Source of the DNA: Octopus sinensis
Lineage: Eukaryota
Reading direction: 5' to 3'
DNA: 64,000 nt
NCBI RefSeq assembly: GCF_006345805.1
Contig: NC_042997.1
Coordinates: 27,404,001 to 27,468,000, forward strand
Shown here: positions 13,283-26,529 of the stretch, piece after piece
How positions within the stretch are numbered: the stretch's first letter is position 1
How the letters are laid out: each line of letters starts with the position of its first letter
Notes under the pieces: model-generated
Told to the model about the DNA's origin: nothing
What the model saw: the letters and a program-made list of their open reading frames with translations, nothing else
Databases searched by the model: none
Translations under genes and position numbers: made by a program

Positions 13283-14428
13283 TTAATATGGGATAGTACC
13301 ACTTTGGCAGTAATTACAGCTTCAATTCTACGAGGTATGGGCTCGTACATAATTTGAAGTATTTCCAAAGGAATTTTTGTCCATTCTTCAGCTAAAATAG
13401 TCTCCAGTTCTTGTAGTGATGGTATCGACTCCTTACTTTTTTTTCTAAAATGCGCCATAAATGCAATGATAATAATGAGATCTCGGACTGTGGCGCCCAG
13501 ATAAGATGTTCAACTTCACTAGAATGGTCCTCGTGCCATTCAGTAAGAACGTTAGCAGTGTGAATTGGTAACCCGAAAGATTGCGTTTCCCTCCGGAAAC
13601 ACCGCAACCACAGGATGAATTTGATCAGATAAAATGCTTCAATAGACTTGACTATTAATTTTACCATGAAGGGAAACCATTGGGCCAGCGTATTTCCAAG
13701 ATATAGCCCCCCCCCATTCCCCGATCATCACAGATCCTCCTCCATGTTTAACAGTTGCAAGAAAGCAGTCTGAATCAATTACTTCTTTTGCCTGTCTCCA
13801 CACATATACTCGGCCGGTGGTTGGAAATAAGGTAAAGAATGTCTCATCCGAGAAACTAACATTCTTCCACTGCTCTAGGGCCCAATTCTGTAGGTTTTTA
13901 CTCCACTCTAAACGGTTTGTGAAGCTCCCGGCGAACATTGTTCTGTAGAAACCGGGTTCTCGAGGTGGTCATTAAGCTCTGCAGTAATTTTGGGGGCTGT
14001 ACTTCTGTGATCGTTTCTAACAATTCGTGTAAGAGTCCGACGGCCCCTATCTCAATGTTTTGATTTCCTTCCTAATTTTTATTTCGACGAGGAAGTTTTT
14101 TAGTCTTTCTCAAAAGCTGTCATTATTTCGAGACAACACTTCTTGATACACCAAGTACTTTGGCTGTTTCCGCTACGTTAGCGCCTGCCAGACGAGCACC
14201 ATCAATTTGACCTCTTTGAAAACCCGATAGATCTGTCATTTTAATGAATTTTAATTACATTTTGCTGATGATGTCTGAAAAGAAACAGAAATTTTAGCAA
14301 AGATATTAAGCAACACTAATAATAAATAAATAAAAGCATAAAAATAATCAAGATTTTGACGGTTTTATAGCTATTACGAAATTATGATGCTGTGATGCTA
14401 GGTGCTTCCATTATTTTGTCCAACCCTG
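13280..14428 (-). mobile_element. Tc1-family DNA transposon, decayed, 3' TIR missing
   Basis: 5' TIR-like CAGGGTTGGACAAAATAATGG at 14428. Transposase from ATG 14239 (MTDLSGFQRGQI) with FSDETFF, VKHGGGSVMI and WAPQSEISLL (degenerate SPDLN). The 3' end runs into (TA)n. Confidence 0.88.
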
Positions 14429-14486
14429 CAGATATATGGCAAATGAAAGCGGAAGCTACCAGCCGTAACCATTCGTTTTATCTATT

Positions 14487-14562
<76 letters not shown>

Positions 14563-14567
<5 letters not shown>

Positions 14568-15083
14568 GTATATTTGACACTTAAATGTGGCTAACCACTA
14601 AGGGTGGATGCTACTGTAGCTTGTAGCCCCAGGAGAACATCTATTTACACACTTTCTTTGCCCTATCAGTACTTGCAAAGGGAAGCCATCCTTCCCATCG
14701 TCGACCTGACGTGATACGCACGGAACCGGGTTTCTGAGTATTTACCCGTCGTCAGCGCACGACAATCACCGGTCTTCAATGCGAAGGGGTCCCAATGCAA
14801 ATGCATATATCCTTTTTCCAGTGACGAAAAGTCACTGATCTCGAAAAGGAATAAACAAGCAATAATAAATCTCTGAACGAGGTATAAACAGTAGCTTCAC
14901 GACAATGTCAAGTATGTCAATAGCTAGTGTGTCAATAGCCAGCTGGAGAAGATATCTTCTTGGGCTACAAGCTACAGTAGCATCCATCCTTAGTGGTTAG
15001 CCACATTGAAGTGCCAAATATACTTCACATTGTCATGCAGCTACTGTTTATACCTTGTGTTCAGAGATTTATTATGTGCTTAT
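14563..15083. repeat. Nested inverted-repeat complex A-B-A'-B', possibly Penelope pLTR-derived
   Basis: A 14563-14641 is the reverse complement of 14950-15028. B 14856-14907 is the reverse complement of 15028-15083. Confidence 0.75.
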
Positions 15084-15089
15084 ATATAT

Positions 15090-15140
<51 letters not shown>

Positions 15141-15469
15141 TATATATATCCTTCGAACGTAGAGTAGATGAAACCATAGGGACTGAAGAAGGTTTTTTTC
15201 TTTGTGTTAATTGTCCTGTACTCCATTTTTTTGTTTTTTTAAAAAAAGGTCCAGTTCCTTTGGTTTGTGTCTATGTTTTCGTTTCTCATTGTGTTCGACG
15301 TCCCTTTGTGCCCTGTACTCATATAACTTGTATATGTACATGTAGAGGTTGGTACGACATATATGTTTATATATATGCATATGTTTTATTTCATTTATTA
15401 ATATATATATATATTATATATATTATATATATATATAATTTAATTGATTCGTATATTCGTATTCCGTGC

Positions 15470-15680
15470 AACTTCACGTTTCTCAAGTCCCTAAACAAGC
15501 TTATCTCCTCAGGCTGGTGGTATAGGCAGATCTGAAATTTTTCAGCTAATCCACTGGTCTTAGGAGACAGGCTCCGTATCGGTCTGCGAAGCTTGGAGTA
15601 ACACGGAATCCGTATCAAACTGTTTAGAATGAAACATATAAATCCTAATAAATATGTTGAATGACCTTTACTTTCATTTT
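15470..15680 (-). mobile_element. Possible Penelope-like GIY-YIG C-terminal fragment
   Basis: IRIPCYSKL...KFQICLYHQP loosely resembles QIAFPEYRMI...QFIIFPFYQ at 56.8 kb. Confidence 0.35.
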
Positions 15681-15697
15681 TCCAATCACTCGTCTCT

Positions 15698-15771
<74 letters not shown>

Positions 15772-16095
15772 ATATATATATATCACATATGAGTGGAATT
15801 TGCTAAAAGACAAATTTACTTCAGCTACTGTGGAGCAAAGTTCTCTTATGATATAAAGGTGTAAAGACATCATATCTGCCCAGAGTTGCAACTCTGAGCA
15901 AATGTGCTGTTTTTTCTACCATAAGAGACGATTTTTCCACTGTAACTGCAATATATTTGCCTTTTAACAGTTGAAATATGTCACAAACACATTCTAACTA
16001 ATCCCAAGTTTCCTTGTGCCTAAACATTGCTAGGTGCTGATATAACAGTAATATTTATACATACATACATAGATACATACATACATACATACATA

Positions 16096-16131
<36 letters not shown>

Positions 16132-16893
16132 TGTATGTATGTATGTATGTATGTATGTATGTACGTATGTTTTTCTTGTTTTAAAGTGTTGAGACAAATG
16201 TATTGTGATTTTTGTCAACTTATTTGCTTTATTCAAGTTAAAACAAAAGCAGTCTAGCCTTCAAGGGTGAAGCTATCGTATAGCATCGTCTGAGGTCGCC
16301 TTACTTCCAGTTCTTTTTTTTTTTATCTCAAGCTGATACTGGTTATTGCCCTAGAACAACTTATTTGCAAAAGCTTCTATCTCATCTTAGTTGAGGAAAA
16401 GTCGTGAGAGTAGGGAGTGGACTATGAGTCAGAACGAATAATAAATATGTGTAAAATACTGATTAATAAGTATTTTACTTGTCAGTCCACTGCAACAGTA
16501 CCAAGAGCTTTAAAGCCGTTATGTTGCCATTGACATACGTATTACAAAAGTTTTCTGAGGAATGCTTTGTGATTTTCAGGGTTAAGTGCAGATTAGGGAA
16601 TAGGGGCTTGTCTGGAAAGAATTATGAAAATGAAATGCCAAGATATAGTACTAATTGAAACAGTTCTAGAAAGTTTCAATAATCAGTGATGTAGTGTGAG
16701 ATATGAATGAGGTGTGTTGACCAAAGAGGGCAACAAATTTATATATCTGGTTTCTTTAGTCAACAGAATGTTATGTTCAAAGAAGTGGGGCCGCTAATTT
16801 GGCTAGACTTTCTAACCTTCCCGAGAGTCAAAATAATACACCTGCTTGTTGTTTATGCACCTGTCTTTCTCTTTTGTTTTTATGTAAATTTCA

Positions 16894-16952
<59 letters not shown>

Positions 16953-17774
16953 TATATATATATATATATATATGTCCTTTGTGCAGATGTTTCCTTCATA
17001 TGTTTTATGCACTGCACTTCCTTTCTCTTACAAAAGCTTACCGTTTCACTATTTGTGACAAACTTTACCTTAAAATATATTGTTACTATTATTATACATG
17101 TTTTATTTCCCAAATGAAACTTCGTGTTTTACTCTTTATCTTTTATTAAACTTTTAACACTTTTGATATATATAAAAAAAAAAATTAATTAATTAATTAA
17201 TAAATAAAATAATATATAAATATAAAAATATACGTACATATATATATATATTTGTATATATATATATAAAATTTATAAGTTTGAATTATTTAATTAATTT
17301 TTTATTTTTAACTTTTATATTTTTAATTAATTTTATGTATTGGCTTATGTTTTTCACTGTTTGATTTGCCTAATAGTGGTTTTATCTTTAATTTAATATT
17401 ATATATATATATATATATTTATTTATTTATATATGTATATATAAAGATAGATTGATAGATAGATATACAGACAGACAGATATATAGAACGACAGACAGAC
17501 AGACAGATAGATAGATATACATATATGGATTTGCTGTAGTCAATAAATTAAGATGATAAAAAGTAATATAAGATATATAATTAATATAAACAGCAGTTTG
17601 CAATGTTTTACCAAAAAGTAAAATTATAATTTTCACTAACTATGACTAGGGGGTTAGAAACACTTGCGTTGCTAAAAATTAGAGCTAAAATGTTTTAATG
17701 CTGTAGTGAAAGCACATAAATGCGTACATATATACTGACAAAGACTATAATCGCTCGAAAACACCGATCGGGAA

Positions 17775-17828
17775 TTCCTTAAGCTGACCGGTCAGTTTCA
17801 GCAATTTCCGTTGCCTCATCAATGAGGA
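17775..17828 (-). ncRNA. Type I hammerhead ribozyme motif, degenerate copy 1
   Basis: TCCTCA tTGATGA GGCAA cggaaa TTGCT GAAA CTGAC cg GTCAG cT TAAGGA. C3>U and U16.1>C lesions. Confidence 0.75.
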
Positions 17829-17995
17829 CTAGCTCGACTTCGGCAGATTCCAGAGTGAATTCCCTACCAGTATATATGTTTTCACCATAAAACCTTACTG
17901 ATGGTTTAGCAAATCGTTAATGTGGATACAGAAAATTAATTTTGACACCAGGTTGCAATGCTTTACCGAAAAGAAAAACTATAATTATTACTAGG

Positions 17996-18226
17996 GCGGC
18001 GAGCTGGCAGAAACGTTAGCACGCCGGGCGAAATGCGTAGCCGTATTTCATCTGCCGTTACGTTCCGAGTTCAAATTCCGCCGAGGTCGACTTTGCCTTT
18101 CATCCTTTCGGGGTCGATAAATTAAGTATCAGTTTCGCACTGTTGTCGATGTAATCGACTTAATCCCTTTGTCTGTCCTTGTTTGTCCCCATCTATGTTT
18201 AGCCCCTTGTGGGTAGTAAAGAAATA
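17996..18226 (+). mobile_element. tRNA-type SINE family B with a 16-bp target-site duplication
   Basis: TSD tataattattactagg at 17980-17995 and 18227-18242. Core ctttcatcctttcggggtcgataaattaagta resembles the MetaSINE domain. Other copies on the minus strand at ~6535-6762, ~54187-54406 and ~63211-63439. Confidence 0.88.
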
Positions 18227-18552
18227 TATAATTATTACTAGGTATGACTAGGGTGTTAGAAACTCCTACATTACTAGAATTAAGCGCTAAAATGCTCTGA
18301 TGCTGTAGCCAAAACACATTATTTTACACATATATAGTGACAGGGACTATCGAGCAACGTAGGTGTTTCTAAAGCCCTAGTCATATTTAGGGATATTTAT
18401 AGTTTTCCTTTTTGGTAAAACATTGTATACTGCTGTCGACATTAATTTTCTGTGTACACAATAGCAATTTGCGAAATCATCCATAGATTTTTATGGTGAA
18501 AACATATATACTGACAGAGAATTCAATCCAGAATCTGTCAAATTCGAATAAG

Positions 18553-18604
18553 TCCTTACTGATGAGGCAACGAAAATTACCAAAACTGACCGTCTGTATA
18601 AGGA
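18553..18604 (+). ncRNA. Type I hammerhead ribozyme motif, degenerate copy 2
   Basis: TCCTTA CTGATGA GGCAA cgaaaa TTACC aAAA CTGAC c GTCTG TA TAAGGA. G12>A lesion; GUA cleavage triplet intact. Confidence 0.75.
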
Positions 18605-18731
18605 ATACTAAATCGGTGTTTTCGTACGACGATAGCCCATGTCAGTATATATGCATATAATTATGTGCTTTGACTACAATTTTAGAGCGTTTTAGCTCTT
18701 ATTTCCAGCAAAGGTGTTTCTAACAACCTAG

Positions 18732-18821
<90 letters not shown>

Positions 18822-18860
18822 ATAGGTTGTTAGAAACACCTACATTGCTAGAAATAAGAG

Positions 18861-18897
<37 letters not shown>

Positions 18898-18899
18898 GC

Positions 18900-19430
18900 T
18901 TCAATCTACTTGTGATCTAAAAGAATAGGTATGCTAAGTGCTATAATTGGTCATCCTGTAGGTTCCAATTTCACAGCCGAAGCTGGAGCTAGGGATCCGT
19001 TTAAGGCTTCTGTGTTAGCTGGTATATATTACAGGAAAAGGACAACAAAAAGCGAGGCAGGACGAGTATCTCAAGTCATTTATGATAATTTAGGTTAAGG
19101 TGAATTTGAAGTCTTACAGCTGTTTCTAGGTATCGCATGTGATAGGCTGGCATATCCGGACACTGGGTAAGTATGTGATAGGCTGGCATATCCGGACAAG
19201 GTAAGTATGTATGACAGTTCCAGACAGGGAAATTCGTAGTTTATAAAAAATAAAATAGAAGAATAAAGAGTAAAATTAGATGGAATACTGACAGGAGAAT
19301 AAAGTTCACAGTGCATCTCTTTCCAGAGGGCTGGAGGTTGATCCGTATTTCCATAAAGTTATAGGCCCTCGGGTATAATCCCAGGTAAATCTAGGCAGTG
19401 TTTTGGCAGTATTTTGAATGATGCGTTCAT
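18900..19430 (-). mobile_element. Possible decayed Penelope-like fragment with an internal ~26-nt direct repeat
   Basis: YGSTSSPL / KRCTVN weakly resembles the GIY-YIG YIGxT..RKRC motif. atgtgataggctggcatatccggaca occurs twice at ~19137-19198. Confidence 0.25.
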
Positions 19431-19845
19431 GTTGAAGTAATGGATTAAGTGTAAATGGTCCACGTGAATATATAGAGTGAGAAAGACAGATAATAAGATA
19501 GACCCACTTCTGTCTATCTTAATGTCTGTCTTTGTCACGTGAGTGTGTATATTCTGTGTTTTTGTGTGTTTGTGTGTCTGTCTGTCTGTCTATGTCTATG
19601 TGTATACTCTTTTACTCTTTTACTTGTTTCAGTCATTTGACTGCGGCCATGCTGGAGCACCGCCTTCTAGTCGAGTAAATTGACCCCAGGACTTATTCTT
19701 TGTAAGCCCAGTACTTATTCTATCAGTCTCTTTTGCTGAACCGCTAAGTTACGGGACGTAAACACACTACCATCGGTTGTCAAGCAATGGTGGAGGGGAC
19801 AAACACGGACACACAAACACACACACACACGCACACACACACACG

Positions 19846-19897
<52 letters not shown>

Positions 19898-20959
19898 CAT
19901 ACGACGGGCTTCTTTCAGTTTCCGTCTACCAAATCCACTCACAAGGCATTGGTCGGCCCTCGGCTATAGCAGAAGACACTTGCCCAAGATGCCACGCAGT
20001 GAGACTGAACCCAGAACCATGTGGTTGGTTAGCAAGCTACTTACCACACAGCCACTCCTGCACCTATATATATATTTATATGTGTATAAAGAGATTATAC
20101 CTTGGGCATGCAGATGCTGAAGTTTTAACTGGTATCTTTTAAAATTGTTATATCTGCAAATAAACATTGTGTTAAATCGTAGACCCTTTAGAGACGGGTA
20201 AGTAAAATGGCATTGTTCTGTAACAACTGCAGAGAGATTGTTCGAAAAGATAGACAGAGAAATGGATAGATGGAAGTACTCCGTCGGTTACGACGACGAG
20301 GGTTCCGGTTGATCCGAATCAACGGAGCAGCCTGCTCGTGAAATTAACGTGTAAGTGGCTGAGCACTCCACAGACACGTGTACCCTTAACGTAGTTCTCG
20401 GGGATATTCAGCGTGACACAGAGAGTGACAAGGCCGGCCCTTTGAAATACAGGTACAACAGAAACAGGAAGTAAGAGTGAGAGAAAGTTGTGGGGAAAGA
20501 GTACAGCAGGGATCACCACCATCCCCTGCCGGAGCCTCGTGGAGCTTTTTATGTGTTTTCGCTCAATAAACACTCACAGCGCCCGGTCTGGGAATCGAAA
20601 CCGCGATCCTATGACCGCGAGTCCGCTGCCCTAACCACTGGGCCATTGTGCCTCCAGACAGAGAAATACACGGAGTGAAACGAGTAAGATAACGTTGACA
20701 AGGGTGGTGTTGGTGTTGGTGTTGGTGTTGGTGTTGGCTTGCAAAATTGTGACAAGTATTGGTGAAGGTAATGCAAGCGACGATAATGATGATAACGGTG
20801 GTGGTGATAGAGTTGGTAGCAATGGAAATGGTGATGCTGATTATGACACGGATTACGACAGTTGCAGATGAAGCTGTCAGCAGGTGGCAGCGATAATGAC
20901 GATGGTGAGGCATCTGGCAATGTTTTTTTTTTTGCAACGTGATTGGAAAAAATGTTGTT

Positions 20960-21008
20960 GATGATGATGATCGTGATGATGATGATGATCATCATCATCA
21001 TGATGATG

Positions 21009-21069
<61 letters not shown>

Positions 21070-21074
21070 GGATG

Positions 21075-21107
<33 letters not shown>

Positions 21108-21173
21108 ATGAGGCGGAGGAGGAGGAGGAGGGGGAGGATGTTGATGATAATGATGATGGTGTTGCTGATTTTA

Positions 21174-21255
<82 letters not shown>

Positions 21256-21256
21256 C
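20960..21256. repeat. Compound (GAT)n/(GAG)n/(GCT)n microsatellite
   Basis: Read directly. Confidence 0.95.
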
Positions 21257-22269
21257 AATATTGTGTTAATGATAGTAGTGTTGCTGTTGTGGTTCACATC
21301 GAATTGTCAAAATGCTGCTAGTATGATATTGTAATTATAACTACAGCTTATTATTGGGGAAACCAAAACGTTGTGCCGGGGATTATAACGTACCAGCGGC
21401 GAAGCTAATAAAACGTGATGATATTGGTGTTCATGTTAGTGACTGTACGTTGTCTCTCACTAGAAAGAGGGGCTAGGATATAATTAAATATACAAATACA
21501 AACACAAACCTGTACACATAGAGAGGTGGGTCAATACATTCATGCATGCAACATACGTAGAAATATATATATATAAGGTGATTACCACCTCCAGACAAAA
21601 TTGATGTCGCTGTATTGGCGATACATCATTCTATTTTAAAAACGATTTTCTTTGCAATATAACTACTAGAATATATCTAACTATGACACCGTCAAAATTT
21701 CATACACCTACACTACAGAATTTCACTAAATTCTAGCTTCTTCTAAACTCCACAAATTCAACAAAAGAAACAAAAGCACTTCTTGTAATCTTACAGTTTC
21801 ACCGATGCCAACATTTGTCCACTCAATGCAAACTGCTTAGCAGCTAACATTGACGAAAAGTGTATAGTCGACCCCAACACTGTTTCAAGAGTCTGCGTAT
21901 ACATGACTTTCAACACTTTTAAATCAAGGAGCATGTCACGCCACGCACTTATGTATTTTCTTGGCACTTCAATGTGTCAAATCATACAGTAATACAATCA
22001 TGATCTAAAAGGAAATCCACGTCAAACAACATCCGATGGGATTTTTGGGGTTTTTTTCTTTTTTGTTTCACTAAATATTGTACCGAAAGCTCAAAAGTTC
22101 AACTTGTACATAAAGAAAGGCTCGGAAACGTTGTTCTCTAGAGATAACCAATTGGACAGAATTACTGAAATGGCCATTTTCAGCATGGAAGCTCTATGAT
22201 CTACAGCCACTTCAATATTTCGTGTATGTCAACCGGTAACAATTACACAACAGCAATTTTACCCTTGAA

Positions 22270-23280
22270 TCACCAACTTAAATCGATACTTGTTTTCTGC
22301 CATTTACCTCAACATAAATTTTTTGCCGTTTTACACTGATCGTAATCTTTTGTTTCGTTTCTTGCAACCCACGCTGTTTTATCATGGGTCTAGTTCGAGG
22401 TCTAGTATAGCTCTCGCTTCCAAAGTTTGGTGTGTGCCTCTCTACGATCATCCATACATATATCACTGCATGCCTTCCCTTTCGTCGCTCTAGAGAGAAG
22501 AGTCGTATCTCTTTTGTTCCCTCCCAGTAGCCCAGCTGTTCCATTGCTGCAATCTTCTTTGTGTAACATCGCTGAATCGCCTGAAGTTCTGCTATTAATC
22601 TGACACTGTAAGGTGACCATAGTTGAGATCAGTAGTCCAAACGGCTGAGGACAAATATCCTTCATAGTATCACTATAGTTTCCTGGTCTCTTCTTCTGAA
22701 GCTTCTCAGAATCCAACAAGCCATTGGCCTGCACAGTGTTAGCATCTTGGTGATACGAGTCTGAAACGAGGCATCATTGTTCATATCAGTCCTGAGATCT
22801 CGCACTGTATCTAATTCTGGGTTACCGCTCATTTTGGCCCAAAGTATGGTTGTTACATCTTCTGAGCACAAATCAGCTGGTAGCGGAGGGCTTGGAATTT
22901 GCCTACATTAAATTGCATGTTGGTTTCCTCAGCCCATTTATGTATTGCATCTAGGTCTTTCTGTAGAAGATTAGCATCAGAAAGTTCCTTGACTGCTTGT
23001 ACTACTTTTGTGTCGCCGGCATAGCTAATAAGTGTGGCTGTCTGTGTAACTGATAGCATGTCTGAAAGAGCGACCATGAACAGCAACGGCCGCTACATAG
23101 TTCTGTGAGGCACTCCACTCTCTGTTAGTGTCTTCTTGGAGAGGGCTACAATAGCTGCTACAGCCTGGCTTCTTCTTGAACGGAAACCTAGCTGGGCGTT
23201 AGGTAGCAAGTCAGTATCTTCAAGGGACGCAATGAATCCCTTTCTGACAAGGCAGTCAATGACTTTGCTGACATGGAAGG
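22270..23280 (-). mobile_element. CR1/L2-clade LINE RT C-terminal fragment, decayed
   Basis: SGVP...PLLF, YAGDTK (from YADDTK), LQKDLDAIHKWAEETNMQFNVGK, and RYERFIVW-like region ending LEQLGYW...LFSLERR. Confidence 0.85.
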
Positions 23281-24019
23281 TTAGAAAGATAGGTATATAT
23301 ATAGTTTAACTTTACAGAAAACAAAAGACGAAGTTATGAGAAGGAACAACAAGCAAATGCCCGAAATTAACGCTCGGGAAGAATGGAAAGGTTCTTTAGC
23401 TTTTGAGCCTACGCGCTTCGACAGAAAGGATTAAAATGAGAAAAAAATGAGAGAGAATGAAAAAGCAAACAGAGGGAGGAAAATGTGTAGAGATTAACAG
23501 TTCAGCATGCTGAAAGAGCTGGAAAATGTTTTTAAATTATTAAATATTTCAAGTATTTTGAAATGTATTTGAACGTTCCTAATATTGTGGTTTGCGCACT
23601 CATATAAAGAAAATGGTTTCTTTTAATGATATAATGTACCCATTAGTGAATACAAATTCTGTTGAAAACAGTTGTAATGAATTGACAACTTTCCATCGTT
23701 TGTTATTTATTAATTTCTGATTCACCTTTTTCGGAACCTGCACCTCAAGCGTTCCGAAATAAATTATGGCCGCAATGGCCGCTACATAGATAGATAGATA
23801 GATATTGTATTATTTAATACAATATGCAGTTCTGGGTTAGCACAGGGGCTAGTAATATACTTAGCAGAGTTCAATTAACTGTGCACATAAACTGAATATC
23901 TTGCCGCCTCTACTTCGATACCAACATTTGTATTCGTCTATAGTTGCTGTGTATGCATATAATTTTAACTCGACCCTTTGCCTTAGCATTCTTTAAGTGC
24001 TTGATACACCTGAATCTTA

Positions 24020-24076
<57 letters not shown>

Positions 24077-24165
24077 ATATATATATATATATGTATGTAT
24101 GTATGCATGTATGTATGTATGTATGTCTAAATGCATATATATGTGTACATGTATGCGTATGTGTG

Positions 24166-24211
<46 letters not shown>

Positions 24212-24292
24212 CATACATGTATATATATATATATACATATACACATACATATAATACATATATATATATACATATATACATACATATAATAT

Positions 24293-24965
24293 ACCGATCA
24301 GGTAAAGGACCTGGGTATCTTGGTGGATTCCTCCTTTTCGCCTTCGGCCCAGTGCGTCCATGCTGCCAACAAAGCGCGCGGAATTCTGTTCTTGATTCGA
24401 CGGTCATTCGGAATGCTCACAGCAGCCATATTTCTACCATTCTATGTCACGCTGGTGAGACCCATATTGGAGTACGGGATTCAAGCCTCTTCTCCTTATC
24501 TCCTCAAAGACATACAGCATCTCGAAAGAGTCCAGAAGCTGGCTACCCGCATGGTTCATGGTCTCAAAAATTTGTCCTACGAAGAAAGGCTGAGGACGCT
24601 CGACCTTTATTCTCTTGAAAAACGCCGCCGCCGTGGTGATCTCATTCTCGCCCACAACATCATAAGCGGAAAGTGTAACCTCTCGAAAGAGCTGTTCTTC
24701 ACTCCTGCTCCAGAGCGTCGGCTGCGGGGTCATTCCGAAAAGCTCTACCTGCGACGATTTCATCTCAATCGAAGGAGAGGAGCTTTCTCCGTCCGGGTTG
24801 CGGATCCGTGGAACAAGCTGCCAGACAAGATGGTGAAGATGCCGACGACCGCTTTGTTAAAAGCCTCCCTGGACCTCAAGTGGCCTGAACTCTTTACATG
24901 AACACCACCCTGTACTTAACTCCATGTCCCCCTACATGGCCTTGCTATTTGCTTTTGAGCCAAAT

Positions 24966-24982
<17 letters not shown>
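24293..24982 (+). mobile_element. 5'-truncated CR1-clade LINE with an intact C-terminal frame and (AACT)n tail
   Basis: [64 protein letters not shown]. Short 3' UTR ending in aactaactaact. Confidence 0.93.
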
Positions 24983-24997
<15 letters not shown>

Positions 24998-25444
24998 AAA
25001 CAGATAAATTTTAGAGATATTCTATTGAAATTCAATAATTTATCTCTATTACAATACTGCATTAAATACCATGAATATAATATATAACATAATATTATAT
25101 AGATAATTATAAAAACCGTTTAAAAGGCCAGCAAATTGTTTCGATTTATATATATTTATTGTGATATACATAATCACAGTTCCATTATATATATATATAT
25201 AAGTCACTTCATGATCCATTGGTTCAGAAAGACGAAATTACGATTGAAAGGACGGCTGGATTGTAAAAATTGTAAATATATATAATGTGTATATATGCGC
25301 GAGTAATTCAATATTCCTGGTTTGGTACCCAGAAGTACATTTAGACTATCAGATTTAGTTGGTCTCTGAACCTTATCAATGGTAACTAAACAATGAGTTG
25401 GAAAAAGTCAACAGGAATGCTTGAAATATGTTGTTCATTGTGTT

Positions 25445-25654
25445 TATAGATAGATAGATATATAGATAAATAGATAGATAGATAAATAGATAGATAGATA
25501 GATAGATAGATGGCTGGTTGGCTGGATACATATATAGAGAGATACACACACATATATGTATAGGGTGACCCAAAAGTAGGTTTACAATGATCAAGAAGAT
25601 AGATAGATAGATAAATAGATAAATAGATAGATAGATAGATAGATAGATAAATAA

Positions 25655-25745
<91 letters not shown>
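25445..25745. repeat. (GATA)n microsatellite
   Basis: Read directly. Similar arrays at ~28400-28510; (AAT)n at ~41400-41565, (TAT)n at ~55770-55830, (GAT)n at ~58285-58410; many (TA)n and (CA)n runs. Confidence 0.95.
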
Positions 25746-25746
<1 letters not shown>

Positions 25747-26529
25747 GAATGCGGTATGTGTGAATGGAAATGAAAGGAAAATGCCGAATTCAATGGGAAA
25801 AATACAATAGATCCAAAGGTCCAAAATTTAAGAAAAACATTATATATTGACATGAAAAGGTTCATATCCAAAGATTTATTCACACAGAACATGTCAACAG
25901 ACCAGAATATATGGTAAAAATGTTTCTGTGTTAATTGCTCACCATTTCAGTTGTAAATGTTGTCAAACAGAACACAGAGCAGATAAAACGAGGAAAATAC
26001 ACGAGGGAATACTCCTGCCTAGATCTACGAAACGATTTTATTGATGAGAGAGGGATTATGCTATTTCTGAAATATTGGATTAAACAGAACAGTGGCGGAT
26101 TCGTGGGATGGAGTGTCGCTGAGAGGTCATAGGGTGTGTGACGAAATATTTTCAGACAATGGACGTAAAATAATAACAATAATAAATTTGAAATGAAGAT
26201 CTAATATATAGTATGTTTGTTTATTTGACCCCCCCCCCCAAAAAAAAGAAGAAAAATGACCATCCCGAAATATCACAAAATATAACATTCTTTGTCTTGA
26301 AATAGTTAAAGAGGTTCGAAAGAGACAAAGTGGAAATATTTATTTACTATATTCTATATTAGTAATAGGATCTTCCCGGTTTGACGTCCAACTATCAATT
26401 TAGCTAACTGCTACTTGAATGCCGCGTTTCACATATGTATCCTCCTTACTCAAATATAATCTTTGAAATTTGAAAACAAAAAAATATTTGCTGCCTAACA
26501 TACACAGATACTATTCAAATATAGATTAG

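Larger units (their letters stand above)
17600..18863. repeat. 355-nt hammerhead-containing repeat in tandem and inverted arrangement (retrozyme- or pLTR-like)
   Basis: gcaatg(t/c)tttacc recurs at 17600 and 17955 (period 355). Copy 2 continues to ~18352 around a SINE. An inverted copy spans 18353-18732 and a partial copy 18822-18863. Confidence 0.8.

Noticed and set aside
20939-21334. Poly-Asp/Ala/Met/Ser ORFs
   Set aside because: Translations of (GAT)n/(GCT)n microsatellites; no splice or promoter support.
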